A stretch of DNA of 57,274 nt, filler included, from Sphacelaria rigidula (taxonomy: Eukaryota), in the NCBI GenBank assembly GCA_964200075.2. It is 6 parts of 6 records of this genome, joined end to end, with 100 filler letters (N's around TTAATTAATTAA, not from the genome) between each part and the next. Parts side by side here need not be neighbours in the genome. Positions count along the whole stretch, not along the records: positions 9,564 to 19,026 come from CAXNAA020008442.1; positions 19,127 to 28,589 come from CAXNAA020008443.1; 4 more parts are not named here. The stretch is one strand, 5' to 3'. Below are positions 12,175 through 23,910 of this stretch, one piece after another. A model generated the notes under the pieces. It had not been told where the DNA came from, did no database searches, and saw only the letters and a program-made list of their open reading frames with translations. How positions within the stretch are numbered: the first letter of the stretch is position 1; each line of letters opens with the position of its first letter. Both the position numbers and the translations under genes were made by a program.

Positions 12175-14727
12175 ATGCCTGCTGCATGTACACACAATGG
12201 GTGCTCCACGATGGCTAGTTGGGGTGCAGCTGGCACCAGAAGACCAGATTTCTGCAGTCAACATGCTGCGGTGGGGATGGTGCCCATCCCCAAGAGGTAC
12301 TGCAACAAAGACGGCTGCTTCAAGAGGTGTTCTTATGGTAAAGCGGGGAGTAAAACACCAGAATTCTGCAGTCAACATGCTGCGGCGGGGATGGTGAATG
12401 TTGAGAAAAAGAGGTACTGCCACAACGACGGCTGCTCCAAGAGGGCTTCTCATGGTATAGCGGGCAGTAAAACACCGGAGTTCTGCGTTCAACATGCTGC
12501 GGCGGGGATGGTGAATGTTGACAAGAAGCGGTGCGGCGTCGATGGCTGCTCCAAGGGGGCTACTTATGGAATAGCGAGCAGTAAAACAGCAGAGTTCTGC
12601 TTTCAACATGCTGCGACCGGGACGGTGAATATTGACAAGAAGAGGTACTGTAATAACGACGGCTGCTCCAGGGGGGCTTCTTTCGGGATAGTGGGCAGTA
12701 AAACAGCAGAGTTCTGCTTTCAACATGCTGCGACGGGAATGGTGAACGTTGACAGAAAGCGGTGTGGCATGGACGGCTGCTCCAAGGGGGCTTCTTTTGG
12801 GATAGCGGGAAGCAAAACAGGAGAGTTCTGCTGTCAGCACGCCAGGGCGGGGATGGTGAACGTTGAGAAGAAGCCGTGCGTTGTCGACGGCTGCTCTAAA
12901 GGGGCTACTTATGGGATAGTTGGCAGTAAAAGATCAGAGTTCTGCAAGGCGCACGCCAAGGCGGGGATGGTGTGCATCGGGAAGAAAAAGTGCGACTTCG
13001 ATGGCTGCTTAAGGTTGGCTTCGTGGGGTGCAGCTGGAAATAGAACAGCGAAGTTCTGCGCTCAACACGCCGAGGCGGGGATGGTGTGCGTTGGGAAAAG
13101 GAAGTGCATGATCGATGGCTGCTCCACGGGCGTTAGATACGATGTACCTGTTGCTGTGAAGGGGAAATTCTGTAAGTACCATTGTAGTGAGGAAATGGCT
13201 AAGCTATCCGATGCAGGACAAGTCACTAAAGAGGCGGGGGCGGTGACTGTTGGTAAAAAAAAATGCGTGATCGACGGCTGCGTCAAAGGTGTCGGACACG
13301 ATGTGGTTGGTGCTGTGAAGGAGAAAATGAAAGTCTGTCAGCAACAGTGTAGAGAGGAAATGACTAAGGCTTCCGACGCGGGCCAACGTACTAAAGAAGA
13401 GAGGATGCTCGTCGGGGGGAAAAAAAAATGCGAGATTTATGGGTGCCCCAAGGGTGCTAGATACGATGTGCCCGGTGCTGTGAAGGGGAAATTCTGTAAG
13501 CGACATTGTACAGAGCACATGGCTAAGGCGTCCGACGGGGGACAACGTATCAAAGTGCGGAATAATGCGACCCGAAATCAAACCGAAGGTGAAGTTGGAA
13601 ACGTTGTTGATGGACGGGGTCGAAAGCGCAGTTGCCCCTCGAGTGCCCAATTTGGCGTCGCAAGTGCAAGTGGTTGTTCTCGTGATATGCTTTTGAGTAT
13701 TAGGCCGGGCGCTACGTCGCCGCCGCTGGACTCCGAACTGTCAGCTGCAGGGAGCGATTCGGCCTGGGGCGATGTTGATGCCGATTCGAAGCCACCATTG
13801 GATATGAGCCCGCGAAGAAAAAATGGTCGCTGGATGGGTGCCAACCCCAATTTACATTTCGCTTCCCAAAGTGAAGATATCAGTCCCAGGTGCAACTATA
13901 GCGGGAGCAGCGGCAACGGGCTGGGGTACTGGATTTGGCCACCGCCCGAGCCGGTAGTCACGGAGATTACGTCGCATCTGTCGTCATCGCGCGTCGAGTT
14001 TTCGAGAGGGGGAGCTTTGATGAACGACTCTGCCCTAGCTGACGCCGACCGTGGCAGAGCCGCTGATGATGAACGCGGCACGATGGAAATCGACGGTCGC
14101 CCAGCTATGGCAGCGGCGGCGCACTCTCAGAGTGGGAACGGCACAGGTTCCGCGGCACCCATAACAGGCGAGATGAGCCTTATCAACCTTGCTCCTTTGG
14201 TGGTGGAAGCATGCGCCACCGAGGACGAGGAGATGGACGATGGGATGATGCTCCCCCTTGCTTCAGCGAAAAAGTGTGCGGCCGCCAACTTCGCGAGTGC
14301 TGCCGCTGTTATCCTGGAACTGGCATCCGAGGCCGAACCGGTAGTCACCGAGAATATGTCGCATCTGTCGTCATCGCGCGTCGAATCTTCTGGAAGTGGA
14401 GCTTCGATGAAGGATTCTGCCCTAGCTGACGCCGACCGTGGCAGTGCCGATGATGGTAAATGCGGCACGATGGGAATCGACCGTCACCCAGATATGGCAG
14501 CGACGGCGCACTCGCAATGTGGGAACGGCACAGGTTCCGCCGCACCTAGAACAGCCAAGATAAGCCTGGTCAACCTTGCTTCTCTGGTGGTAAAGGCATG
14601 CACTGCGGAGGAGGAAGGGGTGGACGAGGGCATGATGCTAGATGTTGCTTCGACGAAAACGTTCGCGGCCGCCAACTTTGCGAGCGCTGCCGCTGTTATC
14701 CTGGAACTGGCTTCCGAGGTTGAATGA
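12175..14727 (+). CDS. EsV-1-7 cysteine-rich repeat protein (850 aa from the ATG at 12175), single coding exon
   Basis: Eight ~38-aa CxxxGCxKxAxxGxxGxKxxxFCxxHAxxGMVNV repeats plus three longer variants. This matches the EsV-1-7 family known from phaeoviruses and brown algae (e.g. IMM). An in-frame stop at 12088 lies upstream of the ATG. Confidence 0.88.
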   Translation: MPAACTHNGCSTMASWGAAGTRRPDFCSQHAAVGMVPIPKRYCNKDGCFKRCSYGKAGSKTPEFCSQHAAAGMVNVEKKRYCHNDGCSKRASHGIAGSKTPEFCVQHAAAGMVNVDKKRCGVDGCSKGATYGIASSKTAEFCFQHAATGTVNIDKKRYCNNDGCSRGASFGIVGSKTAEFCFQHAATGMVNVDRKRCGMDGCSKGASFGIAGSKTGEFCCQHARAGMVNVEKKPCVVDGCSKGATYGIVGSKRSEFCKAHAKAGMVCIGKKKCDFDGCLRLASWGAAGNRTAKFCAQHAEAGMVCVGKRKCMIDGCSTGVRYDVPVAVKGKFCKYHCSEEMAKLSDAGQVTKEAGAVTVGKKKCVIDGCVKGVGHDVVGAVKEKMKVCQQQCREEMTKASDAGQRTKEERMLVGGKKKCEIYGCPKGARYDVPGAVKGKFCKRHCTEHMAKASDGGQRIKVRNNATRNQTEGEVGNVVDGRGRKRSCPSSAQFGVASASGCSRDMLLSIRPGATSPPLDSELSAAGSDSAWGDVDADSKPPLDMSPRRKNGRWMGANPNLHFASQSEDISPRCNYSGSSGNGLGYWIWPPPEPVVTEITSHLSSSRVEFSRGGALMNDSALADADRGRAADDERGTMEIDGRPAMAAAAHSQSGNGTGSAAPITGEMSLINLAPLVVEACATEDEEMDDGMMLPLASAKKCAAANFASAAAVILELASEAEPVVTENMSHLSSSRVESSGSGASMKDSALADADRGSADDGKCGTMGIDRHPDMAATAHSQCGNGTGSAAPRTAKISLVNLASLVVKACTAEEEGVDEGMMLDVASTKTFAAANFASAAAVILELASEVE
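13948..14721 (+). repeat. In-frame 387-bp (129 aa) tandem duplication in the C-terminus
   Basis: EPVVTEITSHLSSSRVE...AVILELASEA followed by EPVVTENMSHLSSSRVE...AVILELASEV. Confidence 0.93.
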
Positions 14728-16372
14728 AGATACAGGCTACAGTGTCGTGGGAGGGATTGATGGAGCATATGACACGAATGAGGTGGGTTTTGCGGCGTCA
14801 GCGCCTGTACGGAATGATTCGAGCGATGACACCCGCGACATTCGTCTTACTTGATAAGATCCTTTGATCGGACCAGACCTGCTCTGTTTTGTTTGATTCG
14901 GCGATCTATTTGTTATGCTCGGGTCGCACAACAGACAAGGCGCCGTGACCACGGGTCGCCCTTCTGGGTGCGTCCGGGAAAACTGCTGCTTGATTGTCGT
15001 GAGAAAAAAGTTTTCGCGTGATTTGACCAGAAAAATCTCATTGAAATCGATATGTGTTCACCGGCATGACCTCACGTATGTTGATAGTAGCGTTCAAGAG
15101 TAGCATGGTTGCACTTCGAGAGCATGGAGGCACTTGAGGAAGGTGACCATTTTCACCATCCGCATGATGGGTGGCGGGTGGTCTTTGTTAGCGCAGCATA
15201 TACGTCGGCACCCGCATCGAATCGAGGGAAATTCCACAAGCCTTCTCATGCGGTACGCGTATGTGTACACCGGAAGGTCTACGTTTCGCCAGTCACATGC
15301 AAGGGAAGTACTGATAACGTGTCTTCCGACGCTGGACTAGATCGTATAGCCACCATTTAACCATTTTCACAGATATTATGGTTGAAGTTTGAAGTTGAAT
15401 GTTTGAGTCGAGAGTGGAAGTTCCAAGCGCAGGGGTGAAGGACCGGAGCCAAAGTTGAGCCTCACCTGTTGCACAGGCTTGATCCAATATCTTGTTCACA
15501 GTCAACTGTTTATTCGGGTGTCCAGGATGTGATTTACAATATTTGCGAAGTTTTCGGCACTACCGCAGCTGCGCTATACAAGGCCACCGCCTACAAAATG
15601 AGAAGACCGTGGGTGCCCTGCTGGGAAAAATGTCAGTTCTTGGACGGTAGAGAGCACGGAGGTCACGCGAACCCCGTTGCAGAAAGTCGTTGACTGTCAA
15701 CGTACCCGGTTTCAGTTTTCAGGCCTTGACCGTCGGACTTTTTCAGAGGGAGCTGATAGTTCCAAGTGCTCGCTAGCGTGGGTGATGGTGCCAACCGCAT
15801 CTCTTCAGGAGGGTACGGCGCGCGTGCAGAAACCTTTCATACAGCTGCTCTACCCTATATTATTGTGCATGTCTCCTCTCTTAACCGCTCTCCACAAGCT
15901 GCGAAGTGCATTCCGTTCGCCATCACCAGGTGGGGGTTGTGGGTGCTATCTACGCATGTACGGGGGAAAATGGCAGCAGCGCTCAGGGGGTTGTTGTTTC
16001 CAATGTTCGACCATTCGCCGGCAAGAGATTGCCGATTCGGCACAGAAGAGGCGTATGTCCAACACCACGCCGTCTTTCCCCATGACGTCACAAAGTTGTC
16101 CACCTCTCAACGTCATACCGCCGCGGTTTGAACGCCGGTTGTTTGCTGTTCGTGGGAAGCGTACCACCGCCATCACTATGATTCCAATATATATTTTCCT
16201 CTCTGGGCGACAACGGCTATCCAGCCCCACGGTTCAGCGGGATGTGAAGTTCACTGTCGTACCTTGGATTTATTTTTGCACACATGATCGTAAGTCGAAA
16301 ATTATTATCCGTCAGTTTTTTTTTTCCCTCTATAATAATAATAAGATGATGGTTTCGATTTTTATGACCTGA

Positions 16373-16470
16373 CCCTTGAGCTGCGAGAATAGATCATCTG
16401 TTGAATCGGCATCAATTTCACTGGTGAAAAGTATGCATGATCCAGATGGACCGCTCTCGCGGTCCAAGGG
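16373..16470. mobile_element. ~100-bp piggyBac-type MITE; second copy at ~40909-41006
   Basis: CCCTTG...CAAGGG|TTAA termini. Core TCATCTGTTGAATCG.CATCAATTTCACT shared with 40930-40960. Confidence 0.65.
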
Positions 16471-17873
16471 TTAAAAGAGAGAGACTTGTCATCACACTTT
16501 TGATCACCTTATTTATAAAGGTAAATATGAAAAAATAGTTATATTAAAATTGGGTCAACTATGAAAAGAACACTTTCGGTGATCCTTCACAAAAATTAGG
16601 CGTGAGTTCCAACCTGAAGCCGTGGGGTTAACCACGTCAACACCTTCCAACGTTTTGGATTTCTGCATCTATTCGGTCGGTCGAATTGTTCGCAAGATCA
16701 TTGACCAAGGGTGGACCAACTACGACAAAATTTGAAAAGTTCTCTCCCTAACGCTTGTGGGGTGCAACGTGGGCCCAGTTTTTAGCCCCACTCGGCAATA
16801 TCACGAATTACCACACGGCTGACTTATGTTTTCTGTCGACTGCTTAAGATTCCTTACCGCCCCCCCTCCCCCCCCGCGCGCGCTTTTACGCTCCCTTTGC
16901 TTATTTTCCGTGCCAACCATAGATCACTTGCGTGTCTCTAACGATCGTGGCAATGCTGTAATCCATCGCCTTTTCCGTGTGCGTCCGGGAGGGACCTCGT
17001 CATGTGCGGAAATGGGGGGAGGGGGGGTTGTAGGCCCCCAAGTGCCTTTCTGCCGCCTTAGTGCAACGCTGAGGGGAGTGATACTGGCTTCCTGTATGGC
17101 TCTTCCTATGTGCGTTCATTTGTGTGTGGGGTTTTGATGGCAATCTAGCTCGGCGAGTATTGGGATCGAGATATGTTTTGAACCGTGACTGTCGTGTCGT
17201 CGCCGCCCCGCATGCAGGAGTAGGCCGCATCCATGCGGACGAGGAACTAGGGAAGGTGTGGGAGGGGGAGGGGGTTTCTCCATACGCTTCGGGCATCCTG
17301 CTTCCACAACGAATGGTTTTCGGCGCCCAGGCTAGAGAGATGTCCTCCGTTCCGACGGGGTTGAATCCGGAGTTTTGACGTACGGAGATCCGCTTTGCGC
17401 TCTTTCTTCTCACACCACGGGTAGGTCTGAATCTAAACCCGGATTCGCATAATCGTCTGCAGTCCGTTTCTGTCGCCTTGAACCCGAAGGAGTCATGAAT
17501 TTTACCGCTCTTGAGGCCCCTATTAATAGTGCGGTATTTCGCAGTAATCAGTTGTAAAACTTGAGATGGTACCCTGGTGAAGCCTAGATATATATCGAGG
17601 AGACGGCGGCGGTGAATCGCAGGTGGGGTGGGTACTTCGCTAGGACTTGGCACTGCAAGGGAGATACAAGACACTCTGATTTGCTGGTATGACGTTGTGG
17701 CGTTCGGAGCTTGTCCCGACCGAATGAGTAGGGTTGATGAATGTAATTGATCCCCGAGGAGTCATGATCCAGCCGTGGTCATCATCCGCATGATGGACGT
17801 ACCCGAGACAAGAACAAAAGTGAAACATTCGCTGAAGAAAAAAAAACAGAAAAGGTAAAACATATGTACTGTA

Positions 17874-17995
17874 GTAGACCGAGGAAAGAAAAAAAATGTA
17901 CTTTTTAGTCAAGTATGCATGGATTAGTATAGTCGTAGACCAAGGAAAGAAAAAAAATGTACTTCATAGTCAAGTATGCATGGATTAGGATAGTC
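17874..17995. repeat. Two-copy ~61-bp tandem repeat
   Basis: GTAGACC(G/A)AGGAAAGAAAAAAAATGTACTT..TAGTCAAGTATGCATGGATTAG occurs twice. Confidence 0.85.
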
Positions 17996-18209
17996 GGGCT
18001 GTGCAATGCGTGGTCGTTGTAATCGTGGAGTACAGAAGTTTTGGCGATCCTTTGGCGATACGGGTGGGTGGTGATGTACAAGAGCACTCAGTCAGTGGAC
18101 AGGAGGGTCACTATTAGCAAATACACTGATCTCGCATGTGTCATGTTTTGTAAGAGTCAAGTCTCTTATCGGAAGCTACGCGCAATGCTCGGGGGTCAAA
18201 TCATAGGAA

Positions 18210-18500
18210 ATGCATGTATGTGTGTGTATGTTTATTCCTTCTATTCTGGACGCCAGTCTACACCTTTCGGCATTGTTTATGTGGGCGCATCAGCCCGGGT
18301 CACGGAAGCAATATCAACATGAGCTTTTATTCTCCATATTGTTTTTTTAGCACTCCATCTTTCTTCTGCGTTGCTTCCCTCACTTTTTATTGCGAGAAGG
18401 GGCAAGCGGTCCCTGTCCTTCGTTGACCGTGAAGTCGAATTGTGTGTACCTACGGTACCACATGGTCACCCTCCACTGGGCATGATGAGAGACAAGATCA
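18210..18500 (-). repeat. Dispersed repeat family D ending in a (CA)n-like tail on the minus strand; copies at about 27995-28460 and partial at 41720-41815
   Basis: (TG)n...CTATTCTGGACGC.AGTCTACAC.TTTCGG...GCGAGAAGG...GTCGAATT shared by 18220-18450 and 28005-28250. Confidence 0.7.
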
Positions 18501-20349
18501 CGGATCGTGCGGCTTCACCGAGATTCGAATTCACGCTCAACCGCCAGAAGCAGAAGGTTTCGATGTCACCAACTGAGCCACCGGAGCGACCGGACAGGTG
18601 CATGCTCAAGGGAATCACGCCCAAGGTTCGCAATGTATCACCCCGAACACCGGTAGCACTCATGCAACGAGCAATGCTACGGTAGGGGTGCACTTTTTGC
18701 CCGAAATCTTGTCTGGTTCAGGGGCTCCTAACGGTTCTAGATGCACAAGAATATGGGTCTGGACATCCCCGTTCGCAAATTCATCCGGGCTATCCCCAGC
18801 ACATTGGAAGAGTAATCCGGGCGTACTCTCACATATTTTCATAAGTCGTGTTTTGCATGGTATAAAGGGCTCCTAACAATTCTAAACTCAAAAAATATTT
18901 GTGCACCCCTACCGTACCACCACTCCAACGTTGACAGCATGAAAGTCTGTCCCCCCATCCATTTATAACTGTTTTCGTGAGATTGAAAGTAGATGATACG
19001 ATTGAGAGTGGCTTTGATCATTCGCTNNNNNNNNNNNNNNNNNNNNNNNNNNNNNNNNNNNNNNNNNNNNTTAATTAATTAANNNNNNNNNNNNNNNNNN
19101 NNNNNNNNNNNNNNNNNNNNNNNNNNTCCCTTCCCACCGAGGCAAAATCCAAGGGGGTGGCTTCTGCCTGTTTTGTTGCGAGCCGCACACACCAGGCTTA
19201 AGATGTGGGGGGGGGGGGGGGGGGGGGGGAATCCGGAACAGTTCGTCAACATGGAGAATTCCGGGAGAGCCAATACAAAAAGCCGATGACGGGAAAGTGC
19301 CGAAATGCAGACAAGACTTTCGCTACATCAACCCAGCGGATTACAGAAATGGATGGCCTTGCGCGACCGCCTGAACTAATACAATCAGCTACGATGATAT
19401 GCTCAGGTTGTCCCGCGTCAGTGCCGTTCAAAATATATGACCACCTGACACATTCATATTAGCTTTGTTCTTAAATCAGGGTGGAAGGTGACTGCAGTAA
19501 AATGACGCGACGAAAACGACATGAAGAAAAGGCCGCATGGAACACAGTGAAGTTATTGCCATCCCTGAACCCCAAAAAGCTCGTCATCCACAAACGATGA
19601 ATAACACCCCTCTCGTGGATTGTGATGCTCGGCCGAAAATCTAGCTTTCTTCCAGCAGACGGGGGATCGATCGCTAGTCCCCTTTTACAGTTTCACCTCC
19701 AGAACGTCTGGGGGAATCGTCTTCGTACGTGACAGGCCAAAGCGGTAGGTATCACCGCGATTTTCGTTTGAAAAAATGCTCAGGTGAGAAGGGAAGTTTA
19801 TGGCTTGATTGTGTCTCTTTGGACTGTTTCTTCCGCGCTAATTCTACTTCTGATGATCAATTATGTTGTCCTCCAGAAGGAAAGTAGGGTTGTCGCCACC
19901 TACCTACTCTTGCCAATGTGGACAGATACATAATTCCAGTAATAAGGTAGATATCACCCCCAAGACGAATAATTTTCAATCGTCGGACGAACCATGCACT
20001 TTTCCCAGGCCAAATTAACACATCTGGTATACATACATACTGTATATGGATGATGACTTACTTTGTAGTGCGTGTGACTCGACGTCTTCAACTCTTTCCA
20101 ACGCTCACAGATGAACCACCACTGCCTGACGTGTCACCTATCAAGTAGACGTCATGGTGCCAACTCAACTGATGGGACACCCACCCCCGTGAGCCCTTTC
20201 CCCCCACACTGCATAACAGACATTTTCCAATGAGCCCATAACCCGTGTGGCAAAATGACCGTTGTGGGCTTCACTCCAATGTACCGAATCGTCTGCAGTA
20301 AGGACCCCGAAATATTCGCAGTCAGAAGGGCTCGAGGGTTTAACATCAC

Positions 20350-22368
20350 CTTGTCAGCCTGCTCCGCCTTATACCGCTTCTGATCGTCCCTTGCCCTCGA
20401 GCGGTAAGCCTCTCGCTCGTCTCCAGACAGCGTCTTCCAAATCTCACTCATGATCTTATATGTCCACATGTATTTTGTTTCAAGGGAAGCAACATCAGGA
20501 CAGCGATGGGAGGGTGGGAAGGGGGGGGGGAAGGGCGCATCATACGGCTTGACAGATGCAAAGAGGCGTGGTAAATGGGAAATATTTTAGTCATCCTCCT
20601 TAGGCCGCTGTAGCTAAACTTGCTCGGAAGCTACGGAAAATGAGTTTCACCTTCTAGATCGTTGTCAACAGAGCTTCGCGAAAGGGAAAAAGCAGGACTC
20701 AGTGTGAAGAATTCGAAAACAGACAAGAAACGTTTTGAAACTGTTATCGAAAGCATAAATGTTCCGAAGGGGAGGCGGCGGGCGAGTCTCTTTCTTCCAC
20801 GAAAGTGAGATGGACTATGACAGTGTTGTCCCAGTAAACTCGCGCCATAACAGCGGAGCGATGTATGTCTACTGCTTGAAGGCCATGTCGAAATGGGATA
20901 TGTATACGATCACACTAGTAGCTTGGTGCCTGAACCCATGCAGAGTTTTCGGATACTGTATCCCTATTCTTTCATCAAGACACTTTGAGCGCACCTGTTT
21001 CTTCATCCAACAGGATTCGCATGCACCCTGTTGATGAGAGGATCACTTCTCTACTCATTGATCAATCAATCCGATAGTCGATATTTGACCATTAACATCC
21101 CTGACCTTTTGCTGCTGCGTGACAGCGATGTCGGGATTGTCCAGCTTTACTTGTTCGCGCCTGTCTTGGATGAACAGCATCCACGCGGACTGCGGCTTGG
21201 CCTGCGACGAAGCCGGCTGCGTCCACAGCCAGCAAGGACAGACGGGGAGATAGGGAGGGTAACGAAACACAAAGAAAAACGATCAACAGATCAGCGTAAA
21301 CAACTGAGAGCGCGGAGTGTTTCACCTTGTGGTTCCTTGAATCATCTGAGTGAACGATTTGGGCACATTGATGGTGTTTTATTGCAACTGCACATCAAAC
21401 ACTTGCTTGGTTATCAGGACACGTTAAGCACCACTCTGCGGACGGCAAACGGAAACCAGAATATCAAACGCTAGGGCTTGTGTTTCAATATGTACGTAGG
21501 AAGAAGCAACCGAAGGTGAAGTGCTAGCAGAGACCCCCGTGGAGAGAGCACTTCGTTTTGTCACGCAATATACCCGTCGGGGTCCACCTAATTTATGAGC
21601 ATGGGCGAGGCAAACTGTCCTGTACGTGCACTACTTACTGCTCTGTCAGCACGAAGCTTTTCGATTTGGTCGCACGAGCAAACGCCACAAACCAAAACCG
21701 CCCACATGACGAGAAACATGATGCGAGGATGAAAGCAAGCGAAAAGCTTCAATACATGCCCAACTTCACTTCCGCACATTAATCTGTACTTCACATTCGC
21801 GGCCACATACATTTACAGGATAGTACAGTACAGTACACGACATCAAATCAAAACAAAAGTCACTCACCCTCTTCTTGCCCCCCCCACCTGCCCCACCACT
21901 GACCCCGTTTACCCCAGCGACCGCCCCCGCTCCATTCCCAACCCCGCTCCCTTCCCCCCCCGCGCCCGCGCCCGCACCACCATCTCCTATCTCAGACGTC
22001 GGCGCGCCACCACCAGCAGGATTAGCTGGTATTGGGGTTGGCCCGGGCAACCCCGACTCTGCAGCATACCCGCCTTCGACGGCTACCATAGCCGGCGGTG
22101 GGACGCCGGCAACAGCGGCGGCCGTGGCGATGGGTGGTGCGGTTACGGGTTCATCGTTTTCATCCTCCGGATCAGGGGCGGCTGCCCCGGGAAGGGCGGA
22201 GGTGGCCGCCGATGTTGTGTGGAGGGGGGAAGATGGCATATCTGGTGGCGGTGTTGGTGGCGTTGGAAAAACAGGGGGTGTTGGTGTTGTTGCCGGGAGC
22301 ATGGGTGCTGGTGTGATCGGGGCAGGGGTGAACGTCGGAGGCGTAGCTGCGATGCTCGGGTCTGCCAT
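20350..22368 (-). CDS. HMG-box (HMGB/NHP6-like) protein; exons 22368-21868, 21201-21106, 20454-20350; 3' end not resolved
   Basis: Phase-0 GT-AG joins give a P/A/G-rich N-terminus, then GKKR|AKPQSAWMLFIQDRREQVKLDNPDIAVTQQQK|IMSEIWKTLSGDEREAYRSRARDDQKRYKAEQADK, a complete HMG box. Confidence 0.88.
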
Positions 22369-22564
22369 GGTCCTTTGTTACACTTGTTCGTGTGTTCGTT
22401 AGTGCCGTTGTTCCTTGTGGCAGATGGATGGCTGTTTTGCCAAGCTCACGTTATTCACGTTGTGCGCGTTGCGCCCGCTTTTCCGGGTTCACAGACTGTA
22501 GCTGGCCCGTTAGAGTCCTGCGCAACGGCACGGGCGAGGGAGGTGGCATGTCGGGGCGGGGGGA

Positions 22565-22938
22565 GGGGTTATTAAATCTTGAACGAATACTCATTTGCTT
22601 CGATTCTGATCGATTGATTTGTTAAGGGATATGGGACAATACTGCATCGTATGCAGTGTTACTACCGAAGGGTTTGATTATTCATCTATTCTAGAGATGA
22701 ACGCAGGCACAGTCAGTTTATACGGTACGGCGTAGTGAAGTAGGCAAGGGGGGGGGGTGATTATATCTTGAACGAATACTAGTGTGCTTCGATTCTGATC
22801 AAATGATTCGTTAAGCGATATGGGACAATACTGCATCGTTTACAGTGTTACTGTCAAAGGGCTTGATGGTGCATCAATTATAGTGATGAACGAAGGCACA
22901 GTCAGTTTATACGGTACAGCGTAGTGAGGTAGGCAGGG
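22565..22938. repeat. Two-copy ~190-bp tandem repeat between the divergent HMG-box and COX15 genes
   Basis: ATCTTGAACGAATACT...TTTATACGGTAC.GCGTAGTGA.GTAGGCA occurs twice, each unit preceded by a G-run. Confidence 0.85.
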
Positions 22939-23910
22939 ATCATTTTCCCTTTGTTTGATCTCATCACACCAGTGGAGTGCAGTACTCGTACCGTCTCGCA
23001 CACCCCCGACTCGTGCCCTTCGAAAAGATTCAAAACTGGAGCAACCATTGTCACATCGAAACTGTAAATAGATCACACCTCCCGTAGATGCCAACTCCCG
23101 ACAGACACGAGATGGACTACAGTACCGTGTCGTGCCGTACCGCACAGTCCGCCCAGAGAAAAGTCCTCGCTTCATTCTACAAAATCGTGATGTACAACAC
23201 ATCAAATATACTATAATGAACCCTTTTATAGCCAGCAGAATCGCACACTGTTGGGACGTACTGTACACCGCCGTACGATCAGAGAAGTACAATGGAGTCG
23301 TACAAGTATAGTGTGGAAAGCGGAGCGGAGGAGTCATCACAAGTGCACGCAGGGCAGGTCACACTCGTCAAAAAAGCGTGAAACCAATAGCTATAGGCAC
23401 GTAAACCAGTTCGAGAAACGAGTTGGGAAATATAGAATCCCCTCGACACCTCTGGCGATCTTGCTCATTTCCTTTCTTACCTGAACTTTCTTCCGGCAGG
23501 GTAGGAGCGCCAGCAGCAGTAGCTGTAGTTCCTGGGTCTACAACTGAAAGCTTAGCTTGTCATTCACTATCCAATAGGATTTTGTAATTGTCATTTTCCA
23601 CTTTTCGTCTTCTGTCGCTTTTTAGGACAAGTTTTATTTTCTGTGGAAACAATTCTGCAGTTGCTGACACGGGACTTTTCCTCGCTACTAAATTGTATCC
23701 CAGGAGTACTGTCGATTCCATTTTGATGTCTCTGGAGAGGCGGCTGAGTTCCATCACTTCCTCCTTCCATTTCAGGTCTAAAATCAGGCTGATGTGACGT
23801 TGAAAAACAAAAGAGTATAGATACCAGACTCATCCATCTGCCGCTGACACAGCAGCAGCGCTTCCCAGTCGGGGCTTTACCACTACCGATCACAAGCTCT
23901 CCCCACGACC

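Noticed and set aside
12175-14727. Endogenous phaeovirus insertion
   Set aside because: Only one EsV-1-7 gene is present. There are no NCLDV core genes or gene-dense viral tract, and the family is widespread in host genomes.
12169-14768. Minus-strand ORFs over the EsV-1-7 gene (and plus-strand ORFs over gag/pol)
   Set aside because: These are antisense shadows of real coding frames.
15677-17674. 231-aa and 224-aa ORFs as genes
   Set aside because: No recognisable motifs, non-ATG starts and no convincing splice pattern.
20350-22368. HMG-box gene as the brown algal male determinant MIN/HMG-sex
   Set aside because: The box starts KPQSAWMLF, closer to HMGB/NHP6 (PxSAYxLF) than to SOX/MATA types (RPxNAF). 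No sex-linkage evidence is visible; a phylogeny would be needed.
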